Assembly (NCBI GenBank): GCA_963669175.1
Contig: OY769902.1
Span: 5,056,001 to 5,120,000 of the forward strand
Direction of reading: 5' to 3'
DNA: 64,000 nucleotides
From: a bacterium
GTDB lineage: Bacteria > Electryoneota > Electryoneia > Electryoneales > Electryoneaceae
In this document: one piece after another, positions 1-9,199 of the stretch
Layout: every line of letters starts with the position of its first letter
Position numbering within the stretch: the first letter of the stretch is position 1
Position numbers and translations under genes: made by a program
The notes under the pieces: model-generated
Databases searched by the model: none
The model's input: only the letters and a program-made list of their open reading frames with translations
What the model was told of the DNA's origin: nothing

Positions 1-288
1 GGCAACTCGAAGGACTTCCTGACACTGGTCGCGGAACTGGTTGGCGAGCCCTTCTCAGCGAAGGCAACCATCGACCTGGTCAACAAGGATATGAAGGATG
101 TAATCGCCGATGCGAAGCAGGCCATCGACAGGGTGAAAACTCAGCCTGCGTTCGAAGGGCCGGTAAACCTCGATGCTACTATCAAGCTGATCCACGGCGA
201 TGAAGTTATCGCCTCCACGGAGGATGGGACTTCTTTCGAAGATGCCGCGAAGACGTATGGCGCATGGATACGTAAGTTGGAAGAGTAG
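1..288 (+). CDS. 3' end of a protein entering from the left edge, possibly an M3-type oligopeptidase C-terminus
   Basis: Frame 1 is open from base 1 (GNSKDFLTLVAELVGEPFSAKA...WIRKLEE*). The GxSxxxxxLVxxxxGEP pattern resembles M3/M32 peptidase C-termini; no catalytic motif lies inside the window. Confidence 0.5.
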   Translation, partial: GNSKDFLTLVAELVGEPFSAKATIDLVNKDMKDVIADAKQAIDRVKTQPAFEGPVNLDATIKLIHGDEVIASTEDGTSFEDAAKTYGAWIRKLEE

Positions 289-340
289 CGTTTTTTCCAT
301 TTGATATTTCGTAGAATGATATACATTGATAGATTCATCA

Positions 341-369
341 GTAGTCCCGGCCAGGCATGGCCGGGCTAC
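341..369. repeat. GTAG-type REP palindrome (family A)
   Basis: gtagtcccggccaggcatggccgggctac; near-identical copies at 26849-26872, 29997-30020 and 30115-30138. Confidence 0.85.
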
Positions 370-551
370 ATGTATTTTGGCCCCGCCGGCTTGAAGCACG
401 CTGAAGCGAAGCGGAAGCGGCTGCCCGGCGGTGGTCTATTTTAAATAAATAAAGAGATTAGTCCACTTATTTTTATAGTAGCCTATACTAACCAGAAATC
501 ATTGTTCCTGGAAATTGCCCTGTAGAGAGAGTTTGTTTATTGGAGATTACC

Positions 552-782
552 ATGACCACAGCAGACTTGAAGATCACGTTCGCCATCAGCCAGAACCAGT
601 TGGAGCTTTTCCTTCAGGACATCACTGCGGAACAGGCGGCCGAACGTCCCCACGACATCAACCCGATCAACTGGATTCTGGGCCATATACTAACCGAACG
701 TCTTGAGGCGATCATGCTCATGGGCGTCAAGTTCCCCGAGGGCCGCCCACGCAAGCGCAAACGCAGTCGTGGCAACAAATAA
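552..782 (+). pseudogene. Truncated DinB/YfiT-like gene with an unrelated basic tail
   Basis: GGAG RBS before ATG552; DinB-like motif NPINWILGHI; only 76 aa, ending GRPRKRKRSRGNK; the stop codon overlaps the 22-bp inverted repeat. Confidence 0.55.
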
Positions 783-802
783 ACTACCGTCTGTCCCTAG
801 TT
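781..802. repeat. Left 22-bp inverted repeat of the SIR2-HerA segment
   Basis: aaactaccgtctgtccctagtt is the exact reverse complement of aactagggacagacggtagttt at 4177-4198 and 4214-4235. Confidence 0.9.
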
Positions 803-1041
803 ATTCTTGAAGAGGCCGGTGTGCAAGCAGAAAAGAAAGACGTTTTCGTGATCGAGGTCGTTGACTCCTATCTTGAGGCGGCCTAACTTTCAAATACCCG
901 AACGGTGGAACTCAATTTCCACCAAAACTCGGGACGCGACCGTATACTAGCGTATGACGATATCGTTCCGGGTACATGAAGAAGCTCTTCTGTCTAGTAT
1001 CCGTTTCAGTGGAAATTCTGTAGCAGCATTCGGAGCAGAAA

Positions 1042-2172
1042 ATGAGTCTAGCGGAGTTTTCAACCCCAGCCCTCCAACCCACTGTAGAGGAAATGAGGGA
1101 ACTATTTTCCCAGAGCAACCTCGCTTTTCTTCTTGGCGCTGGCTGCAGTAAGATCGCCAAGCTACCCCTTATGGATGGCCTGACGGATCAAGTGAAAACT
1201 CATAATGGTTTAAGTGACCAGACGAAGTATCTGTTGAATACAATGGAGAATAACTTCGCTGGAGGAAAAGCCTGCACGATAGAGGATTTTCTTAGCGAAC
1301 TTATCGATTACTACTCCATCACGTCAAGGCGGCAGTTCCGGGGCGCTACCGCTACTTCGCTCAAGATTGGCACACGAGACTTCAGTCCTAACGACCTCGA
1401 GGACGCGCTCAAGGAATTAAAAGGGGCTATATCGATTATCATAGGTGACATTGATGTCGATTCGACAACGCATCAACAGTTCGTTAAAGCAGTGCATTTT
1501 TCGCTGCAAGCTGGGAAGGCCCCCCGTTCTGTTGATTACTTCATTCTGAATTATGATACTTTGATTGAAGATGCTCTAGGCTTAGAAGGAGTCGATTACT
1601 GTGACGGCTTTGCAGGTGGAGCTACCGGGTGGTGGAAACCGGACTCCTTTAGGACTGCCAAGAAACCGAGTCGAGTTTTTAAGGTGCACGGTTCGATTGA
1701 CTGGTGTCTTCTCGATAAGGACCCGCTTCCACGTAGGATTCGAAAGGGGGTTAATACAGCTTCACTCAAGAGACATGTGTTGATCTATCCCGCAGCAACG
1801 AAATATCAGGAATCTCAGCGTGACCCATTCGCCACAATGCTTGGTAACATGCGTCAAAGCCTGTGTCCTTCTGAAGGTAAAGAAATGGTCCTGGCGATTT
1901 GCGGATATGGTTTTGGGGATTCGCATATTGATTTGGAAATTGAGAATGCTCTGCATCAATCGGAAGGAAGACTCACAGTAGTGGCGTTTGTTGGAACAGA
2001 TATACCTGAAGGCACACTAAAGAGATGGCTGGATGATTCGGCGATATCAGAACAAGTACGAGTGTATGCAAATAGAGGTTTTTTTCACGGCAGCAATTCA
2101 TTCAAACATGACGCTGATTTGTCTTGGTGGAAATTTGAGATTCTCACTCGGCTGCTTGGGGGTGAACGATGA
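1042..2172 (+). CDS. SIR2-family NADase, effector of the SIR2-HerA anti-phage system
   Basis: Motifs FLLGAGCS, LNYDTLIE, KVHGSIDW and GYGFGDSHI; ATGA overlap with the downstream HerA gene. Confidence 0.9.
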   Translation: MSLAEFSTPALQPTVEEMRELFSQSNLAFLLGAGCSKIAKLPLMDGLTDQVKTHNGLSDQTKYLLNTMENNFAGGKACTIEDFLSELIDYYSITSRRQFRGATATSLKIGTRDFSPNDLEDALKELKGAISIIIGDIDVDSTTHQQFVKAVHFSLQAGKAPRSVDYFILNYDTLIEDALGLEGVDYCDGFAGGATGWWKPDSFRTAKKPSRVFKVHGSIDWCLLDKDPLPRRIRKGVNTASLKRHVLIYPAATKYQESQRDPFATMLGNMRQSLCPSEGKEMVLAICGYGFGDSHIDLEIENALHQSEGRLTVVAFVGTDIPEGTLKRWLDDSAISEQVRVYANRGFFHGSNSFKHDADLSWWKFEILTRLLGGER

Positions 2173-3938
2173 GTATTAGTAGAAAGCCAAATGAGCCGAT
2201 CTCAAATTTGGAAATCGGCGCTATCATCGAAGTGGATGGTACACGTATAGTTGCGGATCTCGATCCGAATATTAGTGAACTAACCCGCGTTTATGGTGGT
2301 TCTATTTATCCGATTGGGCAGTTTGGGTCCATCATCAAGATTCATTATGGCGTTAGGCTGATTTTCGGATATGTGGGCCGACTCCGGATGAAATCAGAGT
2401 ACGAGCGTGAGAAGGGCCTTGTCCCGGAATCGGTCGGAAGCGAGCGAATCATTGAGGCTGATTTATTTGGTGAAGGCCAGTGGAGTATTGACAGTGGAGA
2501 GTGGAAGCTAGAATTTGAACGAGGTGTAACAACTTTTCCTTTGCCCTTGCAGAAGGTCTATCTGACACCGCGCTCTGAATTGAGCTTCATCTATGGAGAA
2601 GGAACCGGCCCGACAATTCTTCTTGGCGAACACGTCGGCTCTGGTGGAACGCCTTGCTACGCGGAAATGAACGATCTTCTTGGCAAACACACGGCCATAT
2701 TGGGTTCTACTGGCGCTGGAAAGTCGGGAACAGTTGCCGCCGTTCTTCATTCTATTCTTGATCGAGGCAACGAAGCTCAACATTCGAAGTGGCATCCTCA
2801 AATCGTCGTTCTCGATCCACACAATGAATACGGTACGGCGTTTCCGCACCATGTGAGACTATGCACCGATGAGGACTCTCTCGAACTTCCATACTGGCTT
2901 CTCAATATGGAAGAAACGGTATCGCTTATAGTTGGAAGGACAGAGGAAGCCGCAACTTCACAGACAAATATTGTGATGAATGCGCTTTGGAGAGCTCGCC
3001 AAGAAGGGGCACGAAAACTTGGTATAGACGAGAACAGTATCACCGTTGATTCTCCAATTCCGTATTACATTGGCGACCCGCATGGCTTAGACGAACTCGG
3101 AGAAAAGAACGGAACAAGGGACAATAACCATGGTTTTGTGGGCGCAATTAACTCCCTGCGTCCAGATGGTCGCGACAAGAAAAAGCATGAAGGATACACC
3201 AAAGTCATTCGAAAAGTTGAATCGCTTTGTCGAGATACTCGGAAAGCGTTCATGATGAAAGAATGGGACGGCACCGCCGATCCGTTGCCCAGTATTGTTA
3301 AGCAGTTCATTGGCGACAGTGATCCCATCCGAATCGTGGATTTGTCCGGAGTCCCAAACGAAGTGGCAGGCGCGGCAAGTTCCGCGATTGCCAGGACGCT
3401 GTTTTCGGTGAAACTCTGGCAAACGCGGGAAGAGCGCGAAAAGAATCCTGTGCTCCTTGTCTGCGAAGAGGCACATCGTTACGTGCCGAATCGGGGCGAA
3501 GCGCAATACGAGGCCGCGCAGGATGCGATTCGAAGACTTGCCAAGGAAGGACGCAAATACGGCATTGGCTTGATGCTTGTTTCCCAGCGACCGAGTGAAG
3601 TTGAGGCAACCGTGTTATCACAGTGCAATTCATGGATCGTCTTGCGCATCACGAATGATTCGGATCGGAGTCATGTGCAAGGAATACTGCCTGATTCCCT
3701 TGCCGGATTGACAAAGGTTCTCTCCGGGCTTCGGCGTCGGGAAGCGATCTTTGTTGGACAAGCCGCCGTCTTGCCCTCACGAATTCTTATTCGGGACTTG
3801 GTGAAGGACGGGAAGCATCTTCCACGGTCTCAGGACATTGATTTTGATCAAGGATGGCAAAGCGAACCGTTGACTAATGATCCAATTAGTGAGATCGGCA
3901 GGAGATGGCGGCTTCAACGGAGGCCCACAGCCTCTTAG
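2169..3938 (+). CDS. herA: HerA/FtsK-family ATPase (DUF87/DUF853 type), partner of SIR2
   Basis: N-terminal HAS-barrel-like region, Walker A GSTGAGKS, LDPHNEY, Walker B CEEAHRY, KEGRKYG and SQRPSEV. Confidence 0.9.
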   Translation: MSISRKPNEPISNLEIGAIIEVDGTRIVADLDPNISELTRVYGGSIYPIGQFGSIIKIHYGVRLIFGYVGRLRMKSEYEREKGLVPESVGSERIIEADLFGEGQWSIDSGEWKLEFERGVTTFPLPLQKVYLTPRSELSFIYGEGTGPTILLGEHVGSGGTPCYAEMNDLLGKHTAILGSTGAGKSGTVAAVLHSILDRGNEAQHSKWHPQIVVLDPHNEYGTAFPHHVRLCTDEDSLELPYWLLNMEETVSLIVGRTEEAATSQTNIVMNALWRARQEGARKLGIDENSITVDSPIPYYIGDPHGLDELGEKNGTRDNNHGFVGAINSLRPDGRDKKKHEGYTKVIRKVESLCRDTRKAFMMKEWDGTADPLPSIVKQFIGDSDPIRIVDLSGVPNEVAGAASSAIARTLFSVKLWQTREEREKNPVLLVCEEAHRYVPNRGEAQYEAAQDAIRRLAKEGRKYGIGLMLVSQRPSEVEATVLSQCNSWIVLRITNDSDRSHVQGILPDSLAGLTKVLSGLRRREAIFVGQAAVLPSRILIRDLVKDGKHLPRSQDIDFDQGWQSEPLTNDPISEIGRRWRLQRRPTAS

Positions 3939-3990
3939 GAAATAGATCCTGCCACATAGCCCACTGTTTCTCACAGCGAACTTCCTTGGA

Positions 3991-4300
3991 AAAACCTGGG
4001 ACAGACGGTAGTTATTTCGTTGCCACGACTGCCTCTGTGCCTGGGTTATTAGTCGGCCAGATCAGAAGAACCCCGGCCATACGCAGCCGAGTTACCAGTC
4101 TTTGTCCTTGATATCCTTCTATCCTTCCATCCTGTGTGGCGTAGACGAAAAACTTGGGACAGACGGTAGTTTTTAAAACTAGGGACAGACGGTAGTTTTT
4201 TCGTTGCCACTAAAACTAGGGACAGACGGTAGTTTTTTCGTTGCCACGATTGCTTCTGTGCCTGAGTTTTATGTCGGCAGATCAGAGAAAACCCGGCCAA
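3991..4300. repeat. Cluster of four GGGACAGACGGTAGTT repeats; the first and last begin a ~85-bp imperfect direct repeat
   Basis: Core at 3998-4013, 4156-4171, 4182-4197 and 4219-4234; 3998-4079 resembles 4219-4299. Confidence 0.9.
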
Positions 4301-4408
4301 GATGACCGGGCTGAAGAAGTTACAATTCAGTATTTATCCTTGTAGTATTACGTCATTTATCCATTATCTTTTATCTTTTACCATTAATCAGTTTTTTTAT
4401 CCTTTAAA

Positions 4409-4490
4409 TCCTATTATCCTATCATCCTGTTAAGCGCAGTTTATCTTTCCCATCCTGTTAAGCGCTGTTCATCCTGTACATCCTGTGAAT
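4409..4490. repeat. ATCCTGT short tandem repeat array
   Basis: Repeated atcct(g/a)t(t/a) units; related arrays at about 12700-12768 and, inverted, at 20515-20560. Confidence 0.7.
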
Positions 4491-4491
4491 A

Positions 4492-6528
4492 TCACTCTCC
4501 GAACTCAGCGTCCAGTGTCCGCTGCACCAAGTCGTCATCCACCAGGAACGGCAGTGTGATATGGTCCGTATCAGCATTCTGCTGGTTGTACTCGACCACG
4601 GTTTCAATGCTGTGCGGGTTACGTGCCCAGCTACGACGCGCCACACCGCCCATCACATCCCACGGCATCGACTTGCGGATAATAGTATCAACACGTTCGC
4701 TGCCGTCCAGCACCAGCCCGAAGCCGCCGTTGATGGCCTTGGAGATGCCCACACCGCCACCGTTGTGCAGCGCGATCATGCTCATCCCACGCGCAGCGTT
4801 GCCGCCCCAGCAGTGAATCGCCATATCGGCCGTGATGTTACTGCCGTCCTTGATGTTGGCGGTTTCACGGAACGGGCTGTCAGTGCCGCCCGGGTCATGG
4901 TGATCACGGCCCAGCATGATCGGTCCGACGATACCGTCACGCACCATCTGGTTGAACTTCAGCGCGATCTCGGTACGGCCCTTGGCGTCCTGGTACAGGA
5001 TACGCGCCTGGGTGCCGACCACCAGCCTGTTCTTCATCGCGTCACGCGCCCAGATCATGTTGTCACGGTCCTGGTAACGCAGTTCCGGACGAATCCCGGC
5101 GATAACATCCGCTGCGGCCTGATCGGTCTTGATCAGGTCTGATTCGTTCTGGCTCAGGCAGACCCAGCGGAAGGGGCCGTACCCATAGTCGAACAGTTCC
5201 GGGCCGAGGATATCTTCCACGTAGCTCGGCCAGATGAAACCGTCCTTGTCGTCACGCCCGTTTTTCGACATCTCGTCGATTCCGCTGTCGTAAAGCGCTT
5301 TCAGGAACGCGTTGCCATAATCGAAGAAGTAGCTGCCACGGTCACGCAGTTCTTTCACCAGTTCGTAATGCTTGCGTAGGGACTTGTCTACCAGGCGACG
5401 GAACTCTTCCTTGTCCGCATCCAGCAGACGGGTACGTTCCTCGAAACTGACCCCCTGCGGGCAGTAGCCGCCGTCATAGACCACATGGCAACTGGTCTGA
5501 TCGGAAAGCAGGTCGATGGGTTCGTTGTTGTCCACCGCATACTGCAGCAGATCCACGATGTTGCCGTGGAACGCAATTGCCAGTCCGACTTCATCCGCCT
5601 GTGCCGCGCGCGCCATGCGGAACGCTTCGGCGGGATCGGCGGTTACTTCGCTTACCCAGCCCTGCTCATGACGTGTCCTGACACGGCTCTCGTCGACTTC
5701 CGCGATGATCCCGGCGCCGTTGGCGATCTCCACCGCTTTACCCTGAGCGCCGCTCATACCGCCGAGGCCGGAAGTGACAAACAGCTTGCCGCGCAAGTCG
5801 CTGTCGCTGGGAACTCCCAGCATCATACGTCCGGCGATGTTGATGGTGTTGTAGGTGCCGTGTACGATCCCCTGCGGGCCGATATACATCCAGCCACCGG
5901 CAGTCATCTGGCCGTAATTGGTAACGCCCAATGCCGCACCACGAGCCCAGTCTTCCGGGTTGTCGTACATGCCGATCATGACGCCGTTGGTCGAGATCAC
6001 ACGTGGCGAGGTCTCATGGGACTTGAATAGGCCCAGCGGATGACCGGACTGCATGACAAGCGTCTGCTCACGTGTCATCACCTCGAGATACTTCTTGATA
6101 ATCTGGTATTGCATCCAGTTCTGGCAGACCTGTCCGGTTTCACCGTAGGTAACCAGTTCGTAGGGGTACAGCGCGATATCAAAATCGAGGTTGTTGTCGA
6201 TCATGACCTGGAAGGCTTTTCCCTCGATGCAGTTGCCCTTGTACTGGTCGATGGGCTTGCCCCAGAGTTTTCCTTCAGGACGGAAACGATAGCCGTAAAT
6301 ACGTCCCCGAGTCCGCAGCTCTTCCATGAACTCCGGGATCAGGGTGGCGTGGTGCTCTTCCGGGATGTAACGAAGGGCGTTGCGAAGCGCCAGCTCGGTA
6401 TCCGCACGGTTCAGCTTCGGGCTGCGTTTCGGCGCACGACGGTAGCCTTCGAGAAAGGGTTTCGGTTCCGGTAACGGACCATCCAGCTTGATGGTCATCG
6501 CATTGGCAATATCGGTATTGGTAAGCAT
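4492..6528 (-). CDS. hutU: Urocanate hydratase (long 678-aa form)
   Basis: Motifs PYELVTYG, YGQMTAGGWMYIGPQGIVHGT, GLGGMSGAQ, SDQTSCH, GRDHHD..GTDSPFRET and HNGGGVG. Confidence 0.97.
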   Translation of the reverse strand: MLTNTDIANAMTIKLDGPLPEPKPFLEGYRRAPKRSPKLNRADTELALRNALRYIPEEHHATLIPEFMEELRTRGRIYGYRFRPEGKLWGKPIDQYKGNCIEGKAFQVMIDNNLDFDIALYPYELVTYGETGQVCQNWMQYQIIKKYLEVMTREQTLVMQSGHPLGLFKSHETSPRVISTNGVMIGMYDNPEDWARGAALGVTNYGQMTAGGWMYIGPQGIVHGTYNTINIAGRMMLGVPSDSDLRGKLFVTSGLGGMSGAQGKAVEIANGAGIIAEVDESRVRTRHEQGWVSEVTADPAEAFRMARAAQADEVGLAIAFHGNIVDLLQYAVDNNEPIDLLSDQTSCHVVYDGGYCPQGVSFEERTRLLDADKEEFRRLVDKSLRKHYELVKELRDRGSYFFDYGNAFLKALYDSGIDEMSKNGRDDKDGFIWPSYVEDILGPELFDYGYGPFRWVCLSQNESDLIKTDQAAADVIAGIRPELRYQDRDNMIWARDAMKNRLVVGTQARILYQDAKGRTEIALKFNQMVRDGIVGPIMLGRDHHDPGGTDSPFRETANIKDGSNITADMAIHCWGGNAARGMSMIALHNGGGVGISKAINGGFGLVLDGSERVDTIIRKSMPWDVMGGVARRSWARNPHSIETVVEYNQQNADTDHITLPFLVDDDLVQRTLDAEFGE

Positions 6529-6637
6529 GGTACTCTCCCTGAAATCATGTTAAGAATCCCACTCTATGGGTTCAGGATAGTAAGGAGAGTTGGGGCGGTT
6601 CTCAAGACATGGCGAGATGATTGGGTGAGGGAGGATA

Positions 6638-6850
6638 CCCGACAGCAAGCAGTCGGGCCAGACTGCAAATTAAATCGGCCCAAAACGTATCACACTGAGC
6701 GAAACCGCGTGGCCCGGTGTGCTCGCACCCGGGCGGTTGGGCAGAAATAATACATGGGGCAAAGGAAAAAGGGTACAGCCACCTTTCCCCGAAGCTCTTT
6801 CTTTCTGAATCAGCTTCATTACCAGGGAAAGGAAACTGTCCCCTTTTTCT
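6638..6850. repeat. Mosaic of REP-like elements (families B, C and GGGACAG-type)
   Basis: cccgacagcaagcagtcgggcca (6638-6660), gtggcccggtgtgctcgcacccggg (6709-6733), and aaagggtacagccacctttccc...ggaaactgtcccctttt, which recurs at 62921-63110. Confidence 0.8.
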
Positions 6851-6874
6851 ACAACTATCTGTTCTGATTTGTAA

Positions 6875-7831
6875 CTACTTCAGCGCCCTCACAATCGCAT
6901 TCACATTGAAGCGCATGTAATTCAAGTATGTATCCGCCTCGCCGCCCGGCTCGCCAAGTGAACCAGTATAGATACGCACTAGTTTCACTCCGGTGTCGGA
7001 GGCGATACGTTCGGACAGTTGCGGATTAACCGTAGTTCCGGTAAAGATCGCACGTACTCCCTGCGCACGGATCTGATCTTCCAGCGCTGCCAGTTCCTGC
7101 GCGGACGGTTCCGCGAGAGTACTCACCCCCTGAAAGACGGTACCCGTGGTCTCGAAACCATACCGCTGTGCAAAATAGCCGAACACACGATGATCCGTAA
7201 CCAGCTTTCGTTGATCTTCCGGAATCGTCGCGACCTGTTCCCTGATCCACGTATCCAGTTGTTCCAGAGAATCGATATAGGCCGCAGCTCTTTCCTTATA
7301 CTGGTCATCGTTCTTCGGGTCAAGGTTGCACATGGTTTCCGTGACCACTCGCACCCAATCCATCACCAGGACCGGGTCCATCCAGACATGCGGATCAAGC
7401 GTATGATGGTGGCCTTCATGATGCTCATGTTCTGCTTCTTCGGCCTCTTCCTGATGCGGTTCAAAGGTGCGTGGAGAAATTCCCTGCGACAGAACCACTT
7501 CTTTTTCCGCTGTCCCGGCCGCTTCCAGCAGGTTCGCCAGCGAATGCTCCAGCCCCAGGCCATTCAGGAATACAACATTCGCATCAGCCAGGATTTTCAT
7601 ATCGGCGGGTGTCGGTTCAAAGCCATGCGGGTCGGCGCCGACCGGCAGAAGAGGTGTCACCCTTTGAAATGGAACCTGCTGCACAATATCTGCGGCAATG
7701 GTTGTGGTGGCTACTATGCGAAAGGGATCGTACTCATAGTGATTTTTTTTACCGCAACCTCCCGTCAACAACCCCAGTATGAGCCCCACTCCAGACACGA
7801 CAGGCAGGATGTTCTTGATATATTTTTGCAT
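6875..7831 (-). CDS. Zn/Mn ABC transporter substrate-binding lipoprotein (ZnuA/TroA family)
   Basis: Lipobox LLTGGC; motifs DPHGFEP, NGLGLE, His/Glu-rich loop, DPHVWMDP and HRVFGYF. Start moved to ATG7831 on the basis of the AAGGGG RBS. Confidence 0.92.
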   Translation of the reverse strand: MQKYIKNILPVVSGVGLILGLLTGGCGKKNHYEYDPFRIVATTTIAADIVQQVPFQRVTPLLPVGADPHGFEPTPADMKILADANVVFLNGLGLEHSLANLLEAAGTAEKEVVLSQGISPRTFEPHQEEAEEAEHEHHEGHHHTLDPHVWMDPVLVMDWVRVVTETMCNLDPKNDDQYKERAAAYIDSLEQLDTWIREQVATIPEDQRKLVTDHRVFGYFAQRYGFETTGTVFQGVSTLAEPSAQELAALEDQIRAQGVRAIFTGTTVNPQLSERIASDTGVKLVRIYTGSLGEPGGEADTYLNYMRFNVNAIVRALK

Positions 7832-8174
7832 GATCAATGTCCCCTTCTCGATGAATAACTCTGCCAGTTTCGGACAGCTTAACAATCGGATACTACACAG
7901 AAGGCAAAGGGAAAGCAAGGAACGGCGAGACGGCATGCGGACTTTGTTTTCGACGATCAAATGCAGGAATACAAAAACACGGTGAGGGCAGACGCCGGCT
8001 CAACACACAGGCGATCCCCTGTGCTGCCTGCCCCACCGTGCGCAAAAAACTGTTCCGGGATTAAAGGAATATAACGACCTGCTCCCAATAATACTCGCCT
8101 CATTTTCGGAGATTTTGAAAAAGTTGTTCCAAGACGGTTTAGTTTATCTGTTTCCTATCCTTGTCCACAGACAG

Positions 8175-8207
8175 AAAAAGAAAACCCTTGATCGACTGAA
8201 CAAGGGT
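8175..8207 (-). terminator. Intrinsic terminator after bioY
   Basis: acccttg/caagggt stem followed by a T-tract on the minus strand. Confidence 0.65.
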
Positions 8208-8232
8208 ATAAAAGTCAACGCATGATCATCAA

Positions 8233-8814
8233 TCACTTCTTACGAACCTTACGGTATCCCATCACGACACCGGCTGCCAGGCAGACTTTTACGATATCCA
8301 GGGGCAGAAACGGCGCAACGCCCAGCATGAAAGCCGTAACCGGCGAATACTGGTAGAAGAGCACCAGTTGCAGCCACCCCAATCCGAGAATTAGCAAACT
8401 GGCGAGGAACATACTCATCCAGACATGGAAATAGTTCTCGGACCGTTTTACCAGGAACCCAACCAGGATCGCCGCGGGGACAAATGCGATCAGGTAACCG
8501 CCCGTCGGCCCCATCAAGGCAGCCAGACCGACCGTTCCGGCAGCAAACAACGGCAATCCGCTGATGCCCCATAGCAGATACAGCCCCTGGCTGAAAGCGC
8601 CACGAGTTGATCCCAGGAACGCCCCGGCCAATAATACGGCAAACAACTGCCCGGTTATCGGAACCGGGGAAAACGGCAAGGGAACACGTACCATCGACGC
8701 CAGCACTGTCAACAGGGTAAAAGCCGTGATCAGTCCGGTAGACAGCAAAGCACTACGAAAGTCCTTCGCAATGCCGTTTGCAGGTTTTGTATGTTGTAAC
8801 GCTGAGCGCGCCAT
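8233..8814 (-). CDS. bioY: Biotin transporter BioY
   Basis: PFSPVPITGQ, GLPLFA and GPTGGYL motifs; hydrophobic 193-aa protein. Confidence 0.95.
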   Translation of the reverse strand: MARSALQHTKPANGIAKDFRSALLSTGLITAFTLLTVLASMVRVPLPFSPVPITGQLFAVLLAGAFLGSTRGAFSQGLYLLWGISGLPLFAAGTVGLAALMGPTGGYLIAFVPAAILVGFLVKRSENYFHVWMSMFLASLLILGLGWLQLVLFYQYSPVTAFMLGVAPFLPLDIVKVCLAAGVVMGYRKVRKK

Positions 8815-9199
8815 AATACCCTTGAAATCCCAAATATTTTCTCAAGTTGGGAGGATACGAAAAAGAACCGTATTCCACAAGAGTCAAGGAAAGCCAAAGC
8901 TTTAGACCCATGCCTGGATCTGTCAACATTTTGTTTTGCCCCCACTAAGTATTCAGACGTCAGAGCGCTTGTCCTGTTTAATGTTTCAGACAACCAAACC
9001 AACTCTTTCATTATCAATATTCACCACCAGCAAGTAATCTTTTCAGATATAGCTTTGCCTGTGTTTATGCTAACTCATTTCTATTCATTTTTTCTGGCAG
9101 ACAGTTTTTATCCCCCATCAAGTTTTCTACATTTGTTGTGAATCATGGAGGATAATGCTCACCTATTTTCTTTTTGTTGCCTGATTTACGGGAGGGATC

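Noticed and set aside
881-980. attC-like signal: GCCTAAC overlapping a stop codon, then an imperfect inverted repeat (ttcaaatacccgaac / gttccgggtacatgaa)
   Set aside because: No matching GTTRRRY right end, no second site after HerA and no integron integrase in the window. At most a degenerate remnant.
3991-4240. Four spaced GGGACAGACGGTAGTT repeats as a CRISPR array
   Set aside because: Spacing is irregular (158, 26 and 37 bp), the intervening sequences repeat each other, and there are no cas genes.
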